DNA of 64,000 nt from Anthoceros angustus. Taxonomy: Eukaryota; Plantae; Anthocerotophyta. The translations under genes and the position numbers were made by a program. Location: NCBI GenBank assembly GCA_010909165.1, contig MU008181.1:124001-188000 (forward strand). The letters are read 5' to 3'. The notes beneath the pieces are model-generated. The model searched no databases. It was given only the letters and a program-made list of their open reading frames with translations, and had not been told where the DNA came from. This document shows positions 48,336 through 61,997 of the stretch, in pieces; the stretch's first letter is position 1; every line of letters starts with the position of its first letter.

Positions 48336-51300
48336 CCATACCCAGCAATCAGGGCATTCCGTGTCACCACATCCTTTGTGGCCATGCTTTCAAAAACCTG
48401 GCGTGCATCTTTCAGTTCGCCACATTTCGCATACATGTCCACCAGGCAGTTGCCCACCACTACGTTATCCAACATTCCTCTTTCGACAATCTGAGAGTGC
48501 AGCTGCCGCCCTTCTGTAAGGCACCAGTGCTTGCACAGGCCTTCAGAAGGCAAGCAAAAAATAACATGGTCAGCCAAAATAAGGCCCTCCTCCTCCATTT
48601 GTCCATACACAACAAGCGCCTCTTGGCTGAGTCCTTGCTGTGCATACCCAGCAATCAGGGCATTCCATGTCACCACATCCTTTGTGGCCATGCTTTCAAA
48701 AACCTGGCGTGCATCTTTTATTTTGCCACATTTTGCATACATGTCCACCAGGCAGTTGCCCACCACTGCATTATCCAGCAGTCCTCTTTCCATAATCTGT
48801 GAGTGCAGCTGCCTGCCCTTCTGTAAGGCACCAGTGCTTGCACAGGCCTTCAGAAGGCAAGCAAAAGTAACATGGTCAGCCAAATGAGGCCTGCTTCCTC
48901 CATTTGTCCATACACAACAACCGCCTCTTGGCCGAGTCCTTGCTGTGCATATCCAGCAATCAGGGCATTCCATGTCACCACATCCTTGGTGGCCATATGC
49001 TGTCAAAAACCTGGCGTGCATCTTCCAGTTCACCACATTTAGCATACATGTCCAGCATGCACTTGCCCACCACTGCATTATCCAGCAGTCCTCTTTCGAC
49101 AACCTGTGAGTGCAGCTGCCTGCCCTTCTGTACGGCACCAGTGCTTGCACAGGCCTTCAGAAGGCAAGCAAAAGTAACATAGTCAGCTAAAATGAGGCCC
49201 TCCTCCTCCATTTGTCCATACACAAGCGCCTCTTGGCTGAGTCCTTGCTGTGCATACCCAGCAATCAGGGCATTCCATGTCACCACATCCTTTGTGGCCA
49301 AGCTATCAAAAACCTGGCGTGCATCTTTTATTTTGCCACATTTTGCATACATGTCCACCAGGCAGTTGCCCACCACTACATTATCCAGCAATCCTCTTTC
49401 CATAATCTGTGAGTGCACGTGTATGCCCTCACGTAAGGCACCAGTGCTTGCACAGGCCTTCAGAAGGCAAGCAAAAGTAACATGGCCAGCCAAATGAGGC
49501 CTGCTTCCTCCATTTGTCCATACACAACAACCGCCTCTTGGCCGAGTCCTTGCTGTGCATACCCAGCAATCAGGGCATTCCATGTCACCACATCCTTGTG
49601 GCCATATGCTGTCAAAAACCTGGCGTGCATCTTCCAGTTCACCACATTTTGCATACATGTCCACCAGGCAGTTGCCCAGCAGTACATTATCCAGCAGTCC
49701 TCTTTCCACAATCTGTGAGTGCAGCTGTATGCCCTTCTGTAAGGCACCAGTGCCAGCACAGGCCTTCAGAAGGCAAGCAAAAGTAACATGGTCTGCCAAA
49801 ATGAGGCCGTCTTGCTCCATTTGTCCATACACAACAAGCGCCTCTTGGCCGGCTCCTTGCCGTGCAAACCCAGCAATCAGGGCATTCCATGTCACCACAT
49901 CTTTTGAGGCCAAGCTGTCAAAAACCTGGCGCGCAGCCTCCAGTTCACCACATTTTGCATACATGTCTACCAGGCAGTTGCCCAACACTACATTATCCAG
50001 CAGTCCTCTTTTGACAATCTGTGAGTGCAGCTGCCTGCCCTTCTGTAAGGCACCAGTGCTTGCACAGGCCTTCAGAAGGCAAGCAAAAGTAACATGGTCA
50101 GCCAAAATAAGGCCCGCCTCCTCCATTTGTCCATACACAAAAAGCGCCTCTTGGCCCAGTCCTTGCTGTGCATACCCAGCGATCAGCGCTGTCCATGTCA
50201 CCACATCCTTTGTGGCCAAGCTGTCAAAAACCTGGCGTGCATCTTTCAGTTCGCCACATTTCGCATACATGTCCACCAGGCAGTTGCCCACCACTACGTT
50301 ATCCAACATTCCTCTTTCGACAATCTGAGAGTGCAGCTGCCCGCCCTTCTGTAAGTCACCGGTGCTTGCACAGGCCTTCAGAAGGCAAGCAAAAGTAACA
50401 TGGTCAGCCAAAATAAGGCCCTCCTCCTCCATTTGTCCATACACGACAAGCGCCTCTTGGCCGAGTCCTTGCCGTGCATACCCAGCAATCAGGGCATTCC
50501 ATGTCACCACATCCTTCGTTGCCAAGCTATCAAAAACCTGGCGTGCATCTTTTATTTTGCCACATTTTGCATACATGTCCACCAGGCAGTTGCCCACCAC
50601 TACATTATCCAGCAATCCTCTTTCCATAATCTGTGAGTGCACGTGTATGCCCTCACGTAAGGCACCAGTGCTTGCACAGGCCTTCAGAAGGCAAGCAAAA
50701 GTAACATGGCCAGCCAAATGAGGCCTGCTTCCTCCATTTGTCCATACACAACAACCGCCTCTTGGCTGAGTCCTGTGCATATCCAGCAATCAGGGCATTC
50801 CATGTCACCACATCCTTGGTGGCCATATGCTGTCAAAAACCTGGCGTGCATCTTCCAGTTCACCACATTTAGCATACATGTCCAGCATGCACTTGCCCAC
50901 CACTACATTATCCAGCAATCCTCTTTCCATAATCTGTGAGTGCACGTGTATGCCCTCACGTAAGGCACCAGTGCTTGCACAGGCCTTCAGAAGGCAAGCA
51001 AAAGTAACATGGCCAGCCAAATGAGGCCTGCTTCCTCCATTTGTCCATACACAACAACCGCCTCTTGGCCGAGTCCTTGCTGTGCATATCCAGCAATCAG
51101 GGCATTCCATGTCACCACATCCTTGGTGGCCATATGCTGTCAAAAACCTGGCGTGCATCTTCCAGTTCACCACATTTAGCATACATGTCCAGCATGCACT
51201 TGCCCACCACTGCATTATCCAGCAGTCCTCTTTCGACAACCTGTGAGTGCAGCTGCCTGCCCTTCTGTACGGCACCAGTGCTTGCACAGGCCTTCAGAAG

Positions 51301-52740
51301 GCAAGCAAAAGTAACATAGTCAGCTAAAATGAGGCCCTCCTGCTCCATTTGTCCATACACAACGAGCACCTCTTGGCCGAGTCCTTGCTGTGCATACCCA
51401 GCGATCAGCGCTGTCCATGTCACCACATCCCTTTTGGCCAAGCTGTCAAAACCCTGGCGTGCATCTTCCAGTTCACCACATTTCACATACATGTCCACAT
51501 GAGAGTTGCCCACCACTACATTATCCAGCAGTCCTCTTTTGACAATCTGTGAGTGCAGCTGCCTGCCCTTTGGTAAGGCACCAGTGCTTGCACAGGCCTT
51601 CAGAAGGCAAGCAAAAGTAACGTGGTCAGCCAAAACGAGGCCCTCCTGCTCCATTCGTCCATACACGACAAGCGCCTCTTGGCCCAGTCCTTGCTGTGCA
51701 TACCCAGCGATCAGCGCTGTCCATGTCACCACATCCTTTGTGGCCCAAGCTGTCAAAAACCTGGCGTGCATGTTTCATTTTGCCACATTTCGCATACATG
51801 TCCACCAGGCAGGTGCCAACAAACAAGTCAGGAGGAATGCCACTGAGCAACACATCACAGTGCGCTTTTCTGCCAGATTCCAAGTCGGCGGCACATGCAC
51901 AAGCTTGAAGGGCAGCTGCAAAGACGTGAGCATCCGCCTTCACTCCTGACCTTTGCATCTCATGGTACAGTTGTACTGCCTCATTATGTTTGCCATGTTT
52001 AGAATGGGCAGAGATGATGGAGGACCACCTGAAGACATTTGGTTTGACTACCCTCTGGTGAAGACATCCATGGCCTCTTCCAGCCTGTCTCCACATTCAT
52101 ACATGCGCAAGATATGGTCCTCCACGTATGCAATCGACTCATACCCGAGTTTGACACTGCGATCATGAACTCGTCGCCCCGCAACCAAATCCTTCTTAGC
52201 TATACACAGTTTTTTTAACACAGTGCAAATCAGAGACTGAGAGATAGCAACGTCTGTCTGCGCCAGAGATTCCAGGGCTCCAACAGCCTCAGAAAGCCTC
52301 CCCTGCTGACATAACATGCTCACGGTTCCAGCCGTTACGACACCCATTTCCAATCCTGCTCGCCTGCCAGATTCAGGCTTATCCGGGGAGCTGGACTCGG
52401 AAGGAGAGGCACCATGGCCCATCTGCACATCCAAGGAAATGAGATCGGCTTTGAAATGACAGAAATAAAAAAAGAAGAGGATCGACTGGCCTCATCATGG
52501 ACGCTGTGATAGGCGGCTCCAGCCTCCAGCCAGGCCGGTCCAAACTCAAAACTTCAACGCCATTGGCACACTCGGCCGTAAGCTTTTAGCTGAAGTCACG
52601 ATGCCGCTCCTCCATTTTCCATAAAGACAACGCCGTCTGGGAGTCTGGGAGCTGTCAGCCGGTTTCGTAATGAGCCCAGATTGGAGGCCAGAGCTACTCC
52701 AGCTGGTCTGCCCCAGTCCAACCCTCATGCGCATCACCAT
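48336..52740 (-). pseudogene. Second PLS-class PPR gene (transit peptide, N-terminus and 11 homogeneous PLS triplets), frameshifted, no E/DYW domain
   Basis: Starts MVMRMRVGLGQTSW at 52740, then AGTVSMLCQQGRLSEAVGALESLAQTD. Tandem 306-bp units encode DVVTW(N/T)ALIAGYAQQG...HVTFACLLKACASTG...LVDMYAKCG. Many 1-bp indels; it ends abruptly near 48336. Confidence 0.85.
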
Positions 52741-52764
52741 CTTGGCAACACTCGATCGAGCGCA

Positions 52765-54278
52765 ACAACTACATTATCCAGCAGTCCTCTTTTGACAATC
52801 TGTGAGTGCAGCTGCCCTTCTGTAAGGCACCAGTGCTTGCACAGGCCTTCAGAAGGCAAGCAAAAGTAACATGGTCAGCCAAAATGAGGCCCTCCTGCTC
52901 CATTTGTCCATACACAACAAGCGCCTCTTGGCCGAGTCCTTGCTGTGCATACCCAGCGATCAGCGCTGTCCATGTCACCACATCCTTTGTGGCCAAGCTG
53001 TCAAAACCTGGCGTGCATCTTCCAGTTCACCACATTTCACATACATGTCCACATGAGAGTTGCCCACCACTACATTATCCAGCAGTCCTCTTTCGACAAT
53101 CTGTGCAGCTGCCTGCCCTTTGGTAAGGCACCAGTGCTTGCACAGGCCTTCAGAAGGCAAGCAAAAGTAACGTGGTCAGCCAAAACGAGGCCCTCCTGCT
53201 CCATTCGTCCATACACGACAAGCGCCTCTTGGCCCAGTCCTTGCTGTGCATACCCAGCGATCAGCGCTGTCCATGTCACCACATCCTTTGTGGCCAAGCT
53301 GTCAAAAACCTGGCGTGCATGTTTCATTTTGCCACATTTCGCATACATGTCCACCAGGCAGGTGCCAACAAACAAGTCAGGAGGAATGCCACTGAGCAAC
53401 ACATCACAGTGCGCTTTTCAGATTCCAAGTCGGCGGCACATGCACAAGCTTGAAGGGCAGCTGCAAAGACGTGAGCATCCGCCTTCACTCCTGACCTTTG
53501 CATCTCATGGTACAGTTGTACTGCCTCATTATGTTTGCCATGTTTAGAATGGGCAGAGATGATGGAGGACCACCTGAAGACATTTGGTTTGACTACCCTC
53601 TGGTGAAGACATCCATGGCCTCTTCCAGCCTGTCTCCACATTCATACATGCGCAAGATATGGTCCTCCACGTATGCAATCGACTCATACCCAAGTTTGAC
53701 ACTGCGATCATGAACTCGTCGCAACCAAATCCTTCTTAGCTATACACAGTTTTTAACACAGTGCAAATCAGAGACTGAGAGATAGCAACGTCTGTCTGCG
53801 CCAGAGATTCCAGGGCTCCAACAGCCTCAGAAAGCCTCCCTGCTGACATAACATGCTCACGGTTCCAGCCGTTACGACACCCATTTTCCAATCCTGCTCG
53901 CCTGCCAGATTCAGGCTTATCCGGGGAGCTGGACTCGGAGGAGAGGCACCATGGCCCATCTGCACATCCAAGGAAATGAGATCGGCTTTGAAATGACAGA
54001 AATAAAAAAAGAAGAGGATCGACTGGCCTCATCATGGACGCTGTGATAGGCGGCTCCAGCCTCCAGCCAGGCCGGTCCAAACTCAAAACTTCAACGCCAT
54101 TGGCACACTCGGCCGTAAGCTTTTTAGCTGAAGTCACGATGCCGCTCCTCCATTTTCCATAAAGACAACGCCGTCTGGGAGTCTGGGAGCTGTCAGCCGG
54201 TTTCGTAATGAGCCCAGATTGGAGGCCAGAGCTACTCCAGCTGGTCTGCCCCAGTCCAACCCTCATGCGCATCACCAT
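52765..54278 (-). pseudogene. Duplicate of the PPR gene N-terminal half (transit peptide plus 2 triplets)
   Basis: 53490-54300 repeats 51950-52760 almost identically apart from small indels; MVMRMRVG start at 54278. Confidence 0.85.
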
Positions 54279-54304
54279 CTTGGCAACACTCGATCGAGCG
54301 CAAC

Positions 54305-55828
54305 AACTACATTATCCAGCAGTCCTCTTTGACAATCTGTGAGTGCAGCTGCCCTTCTGTAAGGCACCAGTGCTTGCACAGGCCTTCAGAAGGCAAGCAA
54401 AAGTAACATGGTCAGCCAAAATGAGGCCCTCCTGCTCCATTTGTCCATACACAACAAGCGCCTCTTGGCCGAGTCCTTGCTGTGCATACCCAGCAATCAG
54501 GGCATTCCATGTCACCACATCCTTTGGCCAAGCTGTCAAAAACCTGGCGTGCATCTTCCAGTTCACCACATTTTGCATACATGTCCACCAGGCAGTTGCC
54601 CACCACTACATTATCCAGCAGTCCTCTTTGACAATCTGTGAGTGCAGCTGCCTGCCCTTCTGTAAGGCACCAGTGCTTGCACAGGCCTTCAGAAGGCAAG
54701 CAAAAGTAACATGGTCAGCCAAAATGAGGCCCTCCTGCTCCATTTGTCCATACACAACAAGCGCCTCTTGGCCGAGTCCTTGCTGTGCATACCCAGCGAT
54801 CAGCGCTGTCCATGTCACCACATCCTTTGTGGCCATGCTGTCAAAAACCTGGCGTGCATCTTTTATTTCGCCACATTTTGCATACATGTCCACCAGGCAG
54901 TTGCCCACCACTACATCATCCAGCAGTCCTCTTTCGACAATCTGTGAGTGCACGTGTATGCCCTCACGTAAGGCACCAGTGCTTGCACAGGCCTTCAGAA
55001 GGCAAGCAAAAGTAACATGGCCAGCCAAATGAGGCCTGCTTCCTCCATTTGTCCATACACAACAACCGCCTCTTGGCCGAGTCCTTGCTGTGCATACCCA
55101 GCAATCAGGGCATTCCATGTCACCACATCCTTGGTGGCCATATGCTGTCAAAAACCTGGCGTGCATCTTCCAGTTCACCACATTTGCATACATGTCCACC
55201 AGGCAGTTGCCCACCACTACATTATCCAGCAGTCCTCTTTCGACAACCTGTGAGTGCAGCTGCCTGCCCTTCTGTACGGCACCAGTGCTTGCACAGGCCT
55301 TCAGAAGGCAAGCAAAACATAGTCAGCTAAAATGAGGCCCTCCTGCTCCATTTGTCCATACACAACGAGCACCTCTTGGCCGAGTCCTTGCTGTGCATAC
55401 CCAGCGATCAGCGCTGTCCATGTCACCACATCCTTTGGCCAAGCTGTCAAAACCTGGCGTGCATCTTCCAGTTCACCACATTTGCATACATGTCCACATG
55501 AGAGTTGCCCACCACTACATTATCCAGCAGTCCTCTTTTGACAATCAGAGTGCAGCTGCCTGCCCTTTGGTAAGGCACCAGTGCTTGCACAGGCCTTCAG
55601 AAGGCAAGCAAAGTAACGTGGTCAGCCAAAACGAGGCCCTCCTGCTCCATTTGTCCATACACGACAAGCGCCTCTTGGCCGAGTCCTTGCTGTGCATACC
55701 CAGCGATCAGCGCTGTCCATGTCACCACATCCTTTGTGGCCAAGCTGTCAAAAACCTGGCGTGCATCTTTCATTTTGCCACATTTCGCATACATGTCCAC
55801 CAGGCAGGTGCCAACAAACAAGTCAGGA
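54305..55828 (-). repeat. Five further PLS triplets of the same PPR gene, without N- or C-terminus
   Basis: The L-motif anchor gcacaggccttcagaaggcaagcaaa recurs near 54375, 54685, 54985, 55290 and 55588. Confidence 0.85.
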
Positions 55829-55951
55829 TGCAAGGACTCACCAGGAGATGAGGTATGACTTCAGGTCAGGATGCCCCGCCAGATATGTAAGTCAGGATGC
55901 CCCGCCAGATATGTAAGTCAGGATGCTCGTATGTACTTGTAAAACTGAAAA
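55819..55951. repeat. Segment duplicated at ~61826-61962, containing a 26-bp tandem repeat
   Basis: caggatgcaaggactcaccaggagatgagg... and (gtcaggatgccccgccagatatgtaa)x2 occur at both positions. Confidence 0.85.
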
Positions 55952-56327
55952 ACAGAATGCCATATTGCCGGTAGATTGTCCAGACAAAGAAGAGGTGAAA
56001 CGAAAGAAACGACTGTTGGACGCTGGGTGTGCATGTGTTAACCGCTGATCATGACGAGCACACACAAAGCATCCCTCACCTGTCCTCCACCCGCTTGGCT
56101 TTGACGAACGTCTCGATCTTCCTAACTGCGAGCTAGCGACACAGCACGCCCCTAACATGCGGCTTCAATTAAAGCTGTAACCACGAGCTGCCGAGCCCTC
56201 AGTACTTGTGGCTGATCAATCCACTTCCCTACACACAGGCTTGCAAGGCAAACGACAGCGCCTGCCCGCCACTGCGCTCCCCCGTCAGCTCCCAGTTGCA
56301 ACGAAGGTTGCAGCAGGAGCCAGGACC

Positions 56328-57959
56328 ATGGCGCCCTTCCAGAAGGACTCAGCATCGATATCCCCCGTTCCGAACCCCACGATCGATGCCTCCATCCACC
56401 ATGCGGGGGCTCCGGTGCCAGCGCTGGCTGACAGTGTGCGTAATGCCAAGAGGGAGCCTGCGGCTGGAGTGGCCACGGTGCTGGCCCTCGGCCGCGCCCT
56501 GCCCGGAACGGTCATCTATCAGGAGCATGTGGCCGCTGGATTCTTCAAGAGAACTGGCATTGATAATCCCCCCATGCAAGCCAAGCTGGAGCGCATCTGT
56601 AAGCCCTGGTTAACATTATCGGGACTCTGAATCTTGAAATTTGATGCCTAGAAGAAAGTCAGGGATGTTCAACAGTGGCATGCACATGGCGGAGCATTGA
56701 GAGTTTTGAACACTAACGTTGATAGCTGCGCATGCGAGCAGGCAAGAACACCACTGTGAAGACGAGGTACGTGGTGATGAACCAGGGGATCTTGGAAGCG
56801 CACCCGGAGTTCATGGACGAAAAGATCCCCAGCATACGGCAAAAGCTGCAAGTGTGCGGGGAAGCGCTGGAGAAGCTTAGTGTGGAAGCAGCCAACAATT
56901 GCCTCGCCGAGTGGGGACGCGATCGCTCCAGCATTACGCACTTCATCTACGTATCCTCCAGCGAGGTAAAAATGAAGATCTCGCTTCAATGATCAGATGG
57001 CCCGATCCATCCCTGGCTGAACCTATTGATTGATGCCATGCACACTGAATTCAGCTCTCCGCAATTGAAGACCGCAATGCCCGATCAATCTGTGGCTGAA
57101 CCGAGTGATTGATGCCGTCCATGCTGTCTTCCGCTGTGACCGCAATCTCGTCGGCTTCTAAAGGAAATTCGATTCTGATGACGTTCGTGCTCTCCATGAT
57201 TCTTCTGCTCTCAGGTGCGGCTGCCGGGGGGAGATCTGCTGGTCGCGCAGGCCCTAGGGCTGAGCCCGGACGTGAACCGCGTCATGCTCTACATGTTGGG
57301 ATGCTACGGAGGCGCCGCGGCGCTGCGGGTGGCCAAGGATCTGGCGGAGAACACCAAGCAGGCACGGTGCTGATCGTGACGAGCGAGACGACGCTCATCG
57401 GGTGGCGACCGCCGAACCCCGACCGGCCGTACGACCTGGTGGGCGCCGCCCTGTTTGGCGACAGCGCGGGCGCGGCCGTCATTGGCGCCGACCCGGTCGC
57501 GGGAGAGGTCCCCAGCTTCGAGATGCGGTTCGCGGGGCAGAGCTTCGTGCCGGGGACCTCCAAGACCATCGACGGCATTCTGACGGACACTGGAGTCCTG
57601 TTCCGTTTAGGCCGCGACCTTCCACAGATCATTGAGGACAACATCGAAGCCTTCAGCGAGCGCTTCTTTGCCAAGATCGCAGAGCTGCAGCAGGAACAGC
57701 CCGAAGGTAGTAGCCGTGGCGCCCTCCCAGCAGATGTCCAAACTACAGGGCGCGTTTTCTAACGAATGTCCTCCGCGCGCAGGCACAAAGATCGAGAGCA
57801 AGGGGTTGAGCCACCATGTGAACGGAACGGAACGGCACCGTTGGAGCGCACCAAGTACAACGACGTGTTCTGGGCTGTGCATCCTGGGGACCTGCCATTC
57901 TGAACGCGGTGGAGAGGAGGTTGCAGCTGGAGGCCGGAAGCTGAAGGTCAGCAGAGATG
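56328..57959 (+). CDS. Anther-specific chalcone-synthase-like type III PKS (ASCL / LAP6-PKSA type), most complete copy; frameshifted and interrupted before the last ~60 codons
   Basis: Exons 56328-56598, 56742-56965, 57215-57706 and 57783-57959. They encode [18 protein letters not shown]|[20 protein letters not shown]|[33 protein letters not shown] and FWAVHPG. Single-base deletions occur near 57365 and in the last exon. Confidence 0.85.
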
Positions 57960-58600
57960 ATGGAAGACCACATGAAGACATTTGGTTTGACTACCCTCTG
58001 GTGAACACATCCATGGCCTCTTCCAGCCTGTCTCCACATTCATACATGCGCAAGATATGGTTCCCCAAGTATGCATCGACTCATACCCAAGTTTGACACT
58101 GAGATCATGAACTCGTCGCCCACAACCAAATCCTTCTTAGCTATACACAGTTTTAACACAGTGCAAATCAGAGACTGAGAGATAGCAGAGTCTGTCTGCG
58201 CCAGAGATTCCAGGGCTCCAACAGCCTCAGAAAGCTTCCCTGCTGACATAACATGCTCACGGTTCCAGCCGTTACGACACCCATTTTCCAATCCTGCTCG
58301 CCTGCCAGATTCAGGCTTATCCGGGGAGCTGGACTCGGAAGGAGAGGCACCATGGCCCATCTGCACATCCAAGGAAATGAGATCGGCTTTGAAATGACAG
58401 AAATAAAAAGAAGAGGATCGACTGGCCTCATCATGGACGCTGTGATAGGCGGCTCCAGCCTCCAGCCAGGCCGGTCCAAACTCAAAACTTCAAGGGCAGC
58501 TACAAAGACGTGAGCATCCGCCTTCACTCCTGACCTACGCATCTCATGGTACAGTTGTATGGCCTCATTAGGTTTCCCATGTTTAGAATGGGCAGAGATG
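57951..58600 (-). pseudogene. Third copy of the PPR N-terminal region, internally rearranged
   Basis: GRLSEAVGALESLAQTDSAISQSLICTVLKLCIAKKDL is present again, fused on both sides to PKS sequence. Confidence 0.8.
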
Positions 58601-58810
58601 TGCTGAGGGATTTTGGGAATGTGAATTCCAACACCATCCTGTATGTGCTGGATTACATGAGGGAGGCGAATTTGAAAAGGAAGAAGCTGCTTGCGGCGGG
58701 CTTTCCCTGCCTGCGGACGAGTTTAGCGAACACGATCCAGAGTGGGGTCTGCTCATGGCGTTTGGACCGGGAATTACCATGGAAGGTATATTGATTAGGA
58801 ACCTGATTTA
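58592..58810 (+). pseudogene. ASCL C-terminal fragment
   Basis: RDVLRDFGNVNSNTILYVLDYMREANLKRKK is followed, after a frameshift, by WGLLMAFGPGITMEGILIRNLI*. Confidence 0.85.
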
Positions 58811-58994
58811 GAGGCAGCTTTACGCTTCTTGCTGAATCAAGTTAGTCAGGGAAACTGAGATAGGAGGAGGGAACATTATCCTAGATTGGCCCCGACAAAG
58901 GTTCAGGGTCGTTTATAATCAATCAATGGAGGCGGCATTGCCTCCCATTCAATGCAAAACAAAATACCCTCTAGCTAGTTGTGTTGGCATTGGG

Positions 58995-59472
58995 AAGACC
59001 ACATGAAGACATTTGGTTTGACTACCCTCTGGTGAACACATCCATGGCCTCTTCCAGCCTGTCTCCACATTCATACATGCGCAAGATATGGTTCCCCAAG
59101 TATGCATCGACTCATACCCAAGTTTGACACTGAGATCATGAACTCGTCGCCCCACAACCAAATCCTTCTTAGCTATACACAGTTTTTAACACAGTGCAAA
59201 ATCAGAGACTGAGAGATAGCAGAGTCTGTCTGCGCCAGAGATTCCAGGGCTCCAACGGCCTCAGAAAGCTTCCCTGCTGACATAACATGCTCACGGTTCC
59301 AGCCGTTACGACACCCATTTCCAATCCTGCTCGCCTGCCAGATTCAGGCTTATCCGGGGAGCTGGACTCGGAAGGAGAGGCACCATGGCCCATCTGCACA
59401 TCCAAGGAAATGAGATCGGCTTTGAAATGACAGAAATAAAAAGAAGAGGATCGACTGGCCTCATCATGGACG
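58995..59472 (-). pseudogene. Fourth copy of the PPR N-terminal region
   Basis: Near-identical to 57960-58435. Confidence 0.8.
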
Positions 59473-60394
59473 AAAAGATCCCCAGCATACGGCAAAAGCT
59501 GCAAGTGTGCGGGGAAGCGCTGGAGAAGCTTAGTGTGGAAGCAGCCAACAATTGCCTCGCCAGTGGGGACGCGATCGCTCCAGCATTACGCACTTCATCT
59601 ACGTATCCTCCAGCGAGGTAAAATGAAGATCTCGCTTCAATGATCAGATGGCCCGATCCATCCCTGGCTGAACCTATTGATTGATGCCATGCACACTGAA
59701 TTCAGCTCTCCGCAATTGAAGACCGCAATGCCCGATCAATCTGTGGCTGAACCGAGTGATTGATGCCGTCCATGCTGTCTTCCGCTGTGACCGCAATCTC
59801 GTCGGCTTCTAAAGGAAATTCGATTCTGATGACGTTCGTGCTCTCCATGATTCTTCTGCTCTCAGGTGCGGCTGCCGGGGAGATCTGCTGGTCGCGCAGG
59901 CCCTAGGGCTGAGCCCGGACGTGAACCGCGTCATCATGCTCTACATGTTGGGATGCTGAGGCGCCGCGGCTGCGGGTGGCCAAGGATCTGGCGGAGAACA
60001 CCAAGCAGGCACGGGTGCTGATCGTGACGAGCGAGACGACGCTCATCGGGTGGCGACCGCCGAACCCCGACCGGCCGTACGACCTGGTGGGCGCCGCCCT
60101 GTTTGGCGACAGCGCGGGCGCGGCCGTCATTGGCGCCGACCCGGTCGCGGGAGAGGTCCCCAGCTTCGAGATGCGGTTCGCGGGGCAGAGCTTCGTGCCG
60201 GGGACCTCCAAGACCATCGACGGCATTCTGACGGACACTGGAGTCCTGTTCCGTTTAGGCCGCGACCTTCCACAGATCATTGAGGACAACATCGAAGCCT
60301 TCAGCGAGCGCTTCTTTGCCAAGATCGCAGAGCTGCAGCAGGAACAGCCCGAAGGTAGTAGCCGTGGCGCCCTCTCCCAGCAGATGTCCAAACT
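59464..60394 (+). pseudogene. ASCL fragment (3' part of exon 2, intron 2, exon 3)
   Basis: Encodes [15 protein letters not shown]...YVSSSE and [20 protein letters not shown]...[11 protein letters not shown], with indels around the catalytic Cys. Confidence 0.85.
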
Positions 60395-60626
60395 CAAAAC
60401 TTCAACGCCATTGGCACACTCGGCCGTAAGCTTTTTAGCTGAAGTCACGATGCCGCTCCTCCATTTTCCATAAAGACAACGCCGTCTGGGAGTCTGGGAG
60501 CTGTCAGCCGGTTTCGTAATGAGCCCAGATTGGAGGCCAGAGCTACTCCAGCTGGTCTGCCCCAGTCCAACCCTCATGCGCATCACCATCTTGGCAACAC
60601 TCGATCGAGCGCAACAACTAAGCCAG

Positions 60627-61640
60627 ATGACGCCCAAGAACACCACTGTGAAGACGAGGTACGTGGTGATGAACCAGGGGATCTTGGAAGCGCACCCGGA
60701 GTTCATGGACGAAAAGATCCCCAGCATACGGCAAAAGCTGCAAGTGTGCGGGGAAGCGCTGGAGAAGCTTAGTGTGGAAGCAGCCAACAATTGCCTCGCC
60801 GAGTGGGGACGCGATCGCTCCAGCATTACGCACTTCATCTACGTATCCTCCAGCGAGGTAAAATGAAGATCTCGCTTCAATGATCAGATGGCCCGATCCA
60901 TCCCTGGCTGAACCTATTGATTGATGCCATGCACACTGAATTCAGCTCTCCGCAATTGAAGACCGCAATGCCCGATCAATCTGTGGCTGAACCGAGTGAT
61001 TGATGCCGTCCATGCTGTCTTCCGCTGTGACCGCAATCTCGTCGGCTTCTAAAGGAAATTCCGATTCTGATGACGTTCGTGCTCTCCATGATTCTTCTGC
61101 TCTCAGGTGCGGCTGCCGGGGGGAGATCTGCTGGTCGCGCAGGCCCTAGGGCTGAGCCCGGACGTGAACCGCGTCATGCTCTACATGTTGGGATGCTACG
61201 GAGGCGCCGCGGCGCTGCGGGTGGCCAAGGATCTGGCGGAGAACACCAAGCAGGCACGGGTGCTGATCGTGACGAGCGAGACGACGCTCATCGGGTGGCG
61301 ACCGCCGAACCCCGACCGGCCGTACGACCTGGTGGGCGCCGCCCTATTTGGCGACGGCGCGGGCGCGGCCGTCATTGGCGCCGACCCGGTCGCGGGAGAG
61401 GTCCCCAGCTTCGAGATGCGGTTCGCGGGGCAGAGCTTCGTGCCGGGGACCTCCAAGACCATCGACGGCATTCTGACGGACACTGGAGTCCTGTTCCGTT
61501 TAGGCCGCGACCTTCCACAGATCATTGAGGACAACATCGAAGCCTTCAGCGAGCGCTTCTTTGCCAAGATCGCAGAGCTGCAGCAGGAACAGCCCGAAGG
61601 TAGTAGCCGTGGCGCCCTCCCAGCAGATGTCCAAACTACG
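60627..61640 (+). pseudogene. ASCL fragment (exon 2, intron 2, intact-frame exon 3)
   Basis: KNTTVKTRY...VSSSE is followed by [33 protein letters not shown]...FGDGAG... in one frame. Exon 1 and exon 4 are missing. Confidence 0.85.
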
Positions 61641-61997
61641 AAGACGTCGTTAACACTCCCCGCTCGCAGGTGTAACATGATGTTCTTGCCGTCTGTCGCA
61701 TTCTTTCCTCCTCGTAGAAAGGCCATCAATCAATGTAACACGTTTAGCTGATAATAACGATTCTGAATTGAATTCGATTGAAAGAATCCTCCTTATACAG
61801 GAGATGGGTGTGGCATATGTTACTTCAAGTCAGGATGCAAGGACTCACCAGGAGATGAGGTATGACTTCAGGTCAGGATGCCCCGCCAGATATGTAAGTC
61901 AGGATGCCCCGCCAGATATGTAAGTCAGGATGCTCGTATGTACTTGTAAAACTGAAAACAGACAAATAATATAAGTATGTTGGCAAAACCGCATGAC

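Noticed and set aside
55860-55925. 26-bp direct repeats resembling a mini CRISPR array
   Set aside because: The repeats are contiguous with no spacers, the context is eukaryotic, and there are no cas genes.
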